Shown here one piece after another: positions 62,392-64,000 of a DNA stretch of 64,000 nucleotides. Origin of the DNA: Macrostomum hystrix (Eukaryota > Animalia > Platyhelminthes); assembly GCA_950097015.1 (NCBI GenBank), contig CATNEN010000001.1, positions 11,470,001 to 11,534,000 of the forward strand, read 5' to 3'. The notes below the pieces were generated by a model, which was not told the DNA's origin, made no database searches, and saw only the letters and a list, made by a program, of their open reading frames with translations. Both the position numbers and the translations under genes were made by a program. Every line of letters starts with the position of its first letter. Position 1 is the first letter of the stretch.

Positions 62392-62707
62392 GCAGTAGAG
62401 GTTGTAGCCTAGTGGTTAGGGCGTCGGACTCACGACTTGAAGGTCGGGGGTTCGATTCCCGACTCCCCTGAACAATTTGTGTCCTTTAGCAAGACACTTA
62501 ACTCTGCATTGTTTCAGTTCACCCAGCTGTTAAATGGGTACCAGCATCAGCTGGGATAATTGAAGGTGGGTGTGGCGTCCCCCCAGTCGATGGACTGAAC
62601 AGCAGTACGCAGCCTTCAGATGCGCCGCGCATTAGCTGCGGCTGTGCTGTCGGCTGCACATCTGACCCAATTCGGGCAGGTGTAATCAATTATTACAATT
62701 ATTATTT
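62392..62707 (+). mobile_element. tRNA-derived SINE family B, intact
   Basis: tRNA-like head with A and B boxes, conserved core, AT-rich tail, 11-bp TSD aagcagtaaaa (62381-62391 and 62708-62718). Confidence 0.9.
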
Positions 62708-63705
62708 AAGCAGTAAAAATAAACTGGAGTAACATTTCTTTATTTACAAACAGATATTTGAACGCATGCGCAAATTGCTCTACTTATTATGTCATGATTA
62801 GCCATAATGGTGTGTGCTATTAGATTAAGAAAAAACTCCCGTTTTTAAGCTGCAGCTGAGTGGTTAGACAAGACAAGACAGACAAGACTTCTCTAATCCT
62901 GGCTAAAATGGGTGTCAATTCTAATCTATAAAGATCAAAACGGATGCCGCCGTTTTTAGTTGGTCATTTTTAATTATAGCTGACTAAGCTATGCGCCAGT
63001 GAGCGCTAAGATCAAAGGATACCGCCGCTGCTTATCAAAACTCAATACGCCAGGTGCCAATAAGGATGCTGGCCTCTTAAACTTGCATTGTCGGCAAAGA
63101 TCAAAGCATTGAGCAAAGAAAAAAAACAGGTGCAAAGATAAACCTAGCCACACAATCGGAAGAATTTCAGCGCAATTAGCATTTTAAAAAATTAATCAAA
63201 AAAGGGAGACAAAAAAACAAAAAAGTAAGAAAATATTTGCCTTTGCGAATGAGGATAAAACAAAAGAACAGATTGGCATCGAGAGATGATAAATTAATCA
63301 CCGACAAAATGAGCACACAAAATTAAAAAAGAACAATACGAAAAATATAGTTTCTGGTCACCACCGAAAAAATTGAAAACAAAAATAAGCACTTAAACAG
63401 GCACGGACAGGTACCACATTACACGCATATTTACCTATAAATAGTTTCAACTTATATATATTTCGTCCAACACAAGCCTTTTCGATTCTATATTGTGAAA
63501 GCGTTATTTATAAACATTTATATGGAAGAGATCAAACAAAAGAATGCACGAGTTCAGATACTAAAATATTTGTTGAAAAGTTTCTCTTTATTTAATGACG
63601 AAATAATTGGCAACTATTACAATTATGCTGAACTGCAATTTTTTCCACGATTTGCTCGTTTGCTAACCATTGTTTATTGGCATTATATAAGATAAGACCA
63701 CAGGA

Positions 63706-64000
63706 ACTACCTGTTAGACAACTGCAGCTACCTGTTAGACAACTGCAGCTACCTGTTAGACAACTGCAGCTACCTGTTTGATAATTGCAGCTACCTGTTT
63801 GATAATTGCAGCTACCTGTTTGATAATTGCAGCTACCTGTTTAATAATTGCAGCTATCTGTTTGATAATTGCAGCTACCAGTTTAATAATTGCAGCTACC
63901 TGTTTAATAATTGCAGCTATCTGTTTGATAATTACAGCTACCTTTTTGATAATTGCAGCTACCTGTTAGACACCTGCAGCTATCTGTTAGAAACCTGCAG
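63706..64000. repeat. Second array of the same 21-bp CTGCAGCTACCTGTTAGACAA family
   Basis: Same unit with variants; runs off the window edge. Confidence 0.93.

Noticed and set aside
62400-62470. tRNA gene (possible CAC anticodon)
   Set aside because: No convincing acceptor stem; it continues into a SINE body with tail and TSD, and other copies are degenerate.

Overview
Eukaryotic (metazoan) genomic DNA with GT-AG introns, tRNA-derived SINEs, DNA-transposon relics and a very high density of distinct minisatellite arrays (about a third of the window). The repeat landscape is reminiscent of a free-living flatworm such as Macrostomum, but that is an unverified inference. By manual exon joining with phase checks I reconstruct five host genes. 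(1) The 5' part of a PAS-domain gene resembling NCOA/SRC/taiman, minus strand, running off the left edge and apparently lacking a bHLH. (2) A complete chimaerin (SH2-C1-RhoGAP). (3) A roughly 2,019-aa protein with five divergent galectin-like domains, a roughly 1,250-aa disordered linker, an N-terminal MG motif and a C-terminal CCIN CaaX-like motif. (4) A complete 7-exon MPEG1/perforin-2. (5) A complete SLC25A51-like mitochondrial carrier, minus strand. Mobile DNA comprises three hAT MITE copies with 8-bp TSDs, an internally deleted mariner, a PHD-finger MULE transposase relic, two SINE families (one copy nested in the other) and an unclassified dispersed element. Most long ORFs in the supplied track that lie in tandem arrays are artefacts. 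The best novelty candidates are the giant penta-galectin protein and the minisatellites, which share a core motif and show host-strand orientation bias.
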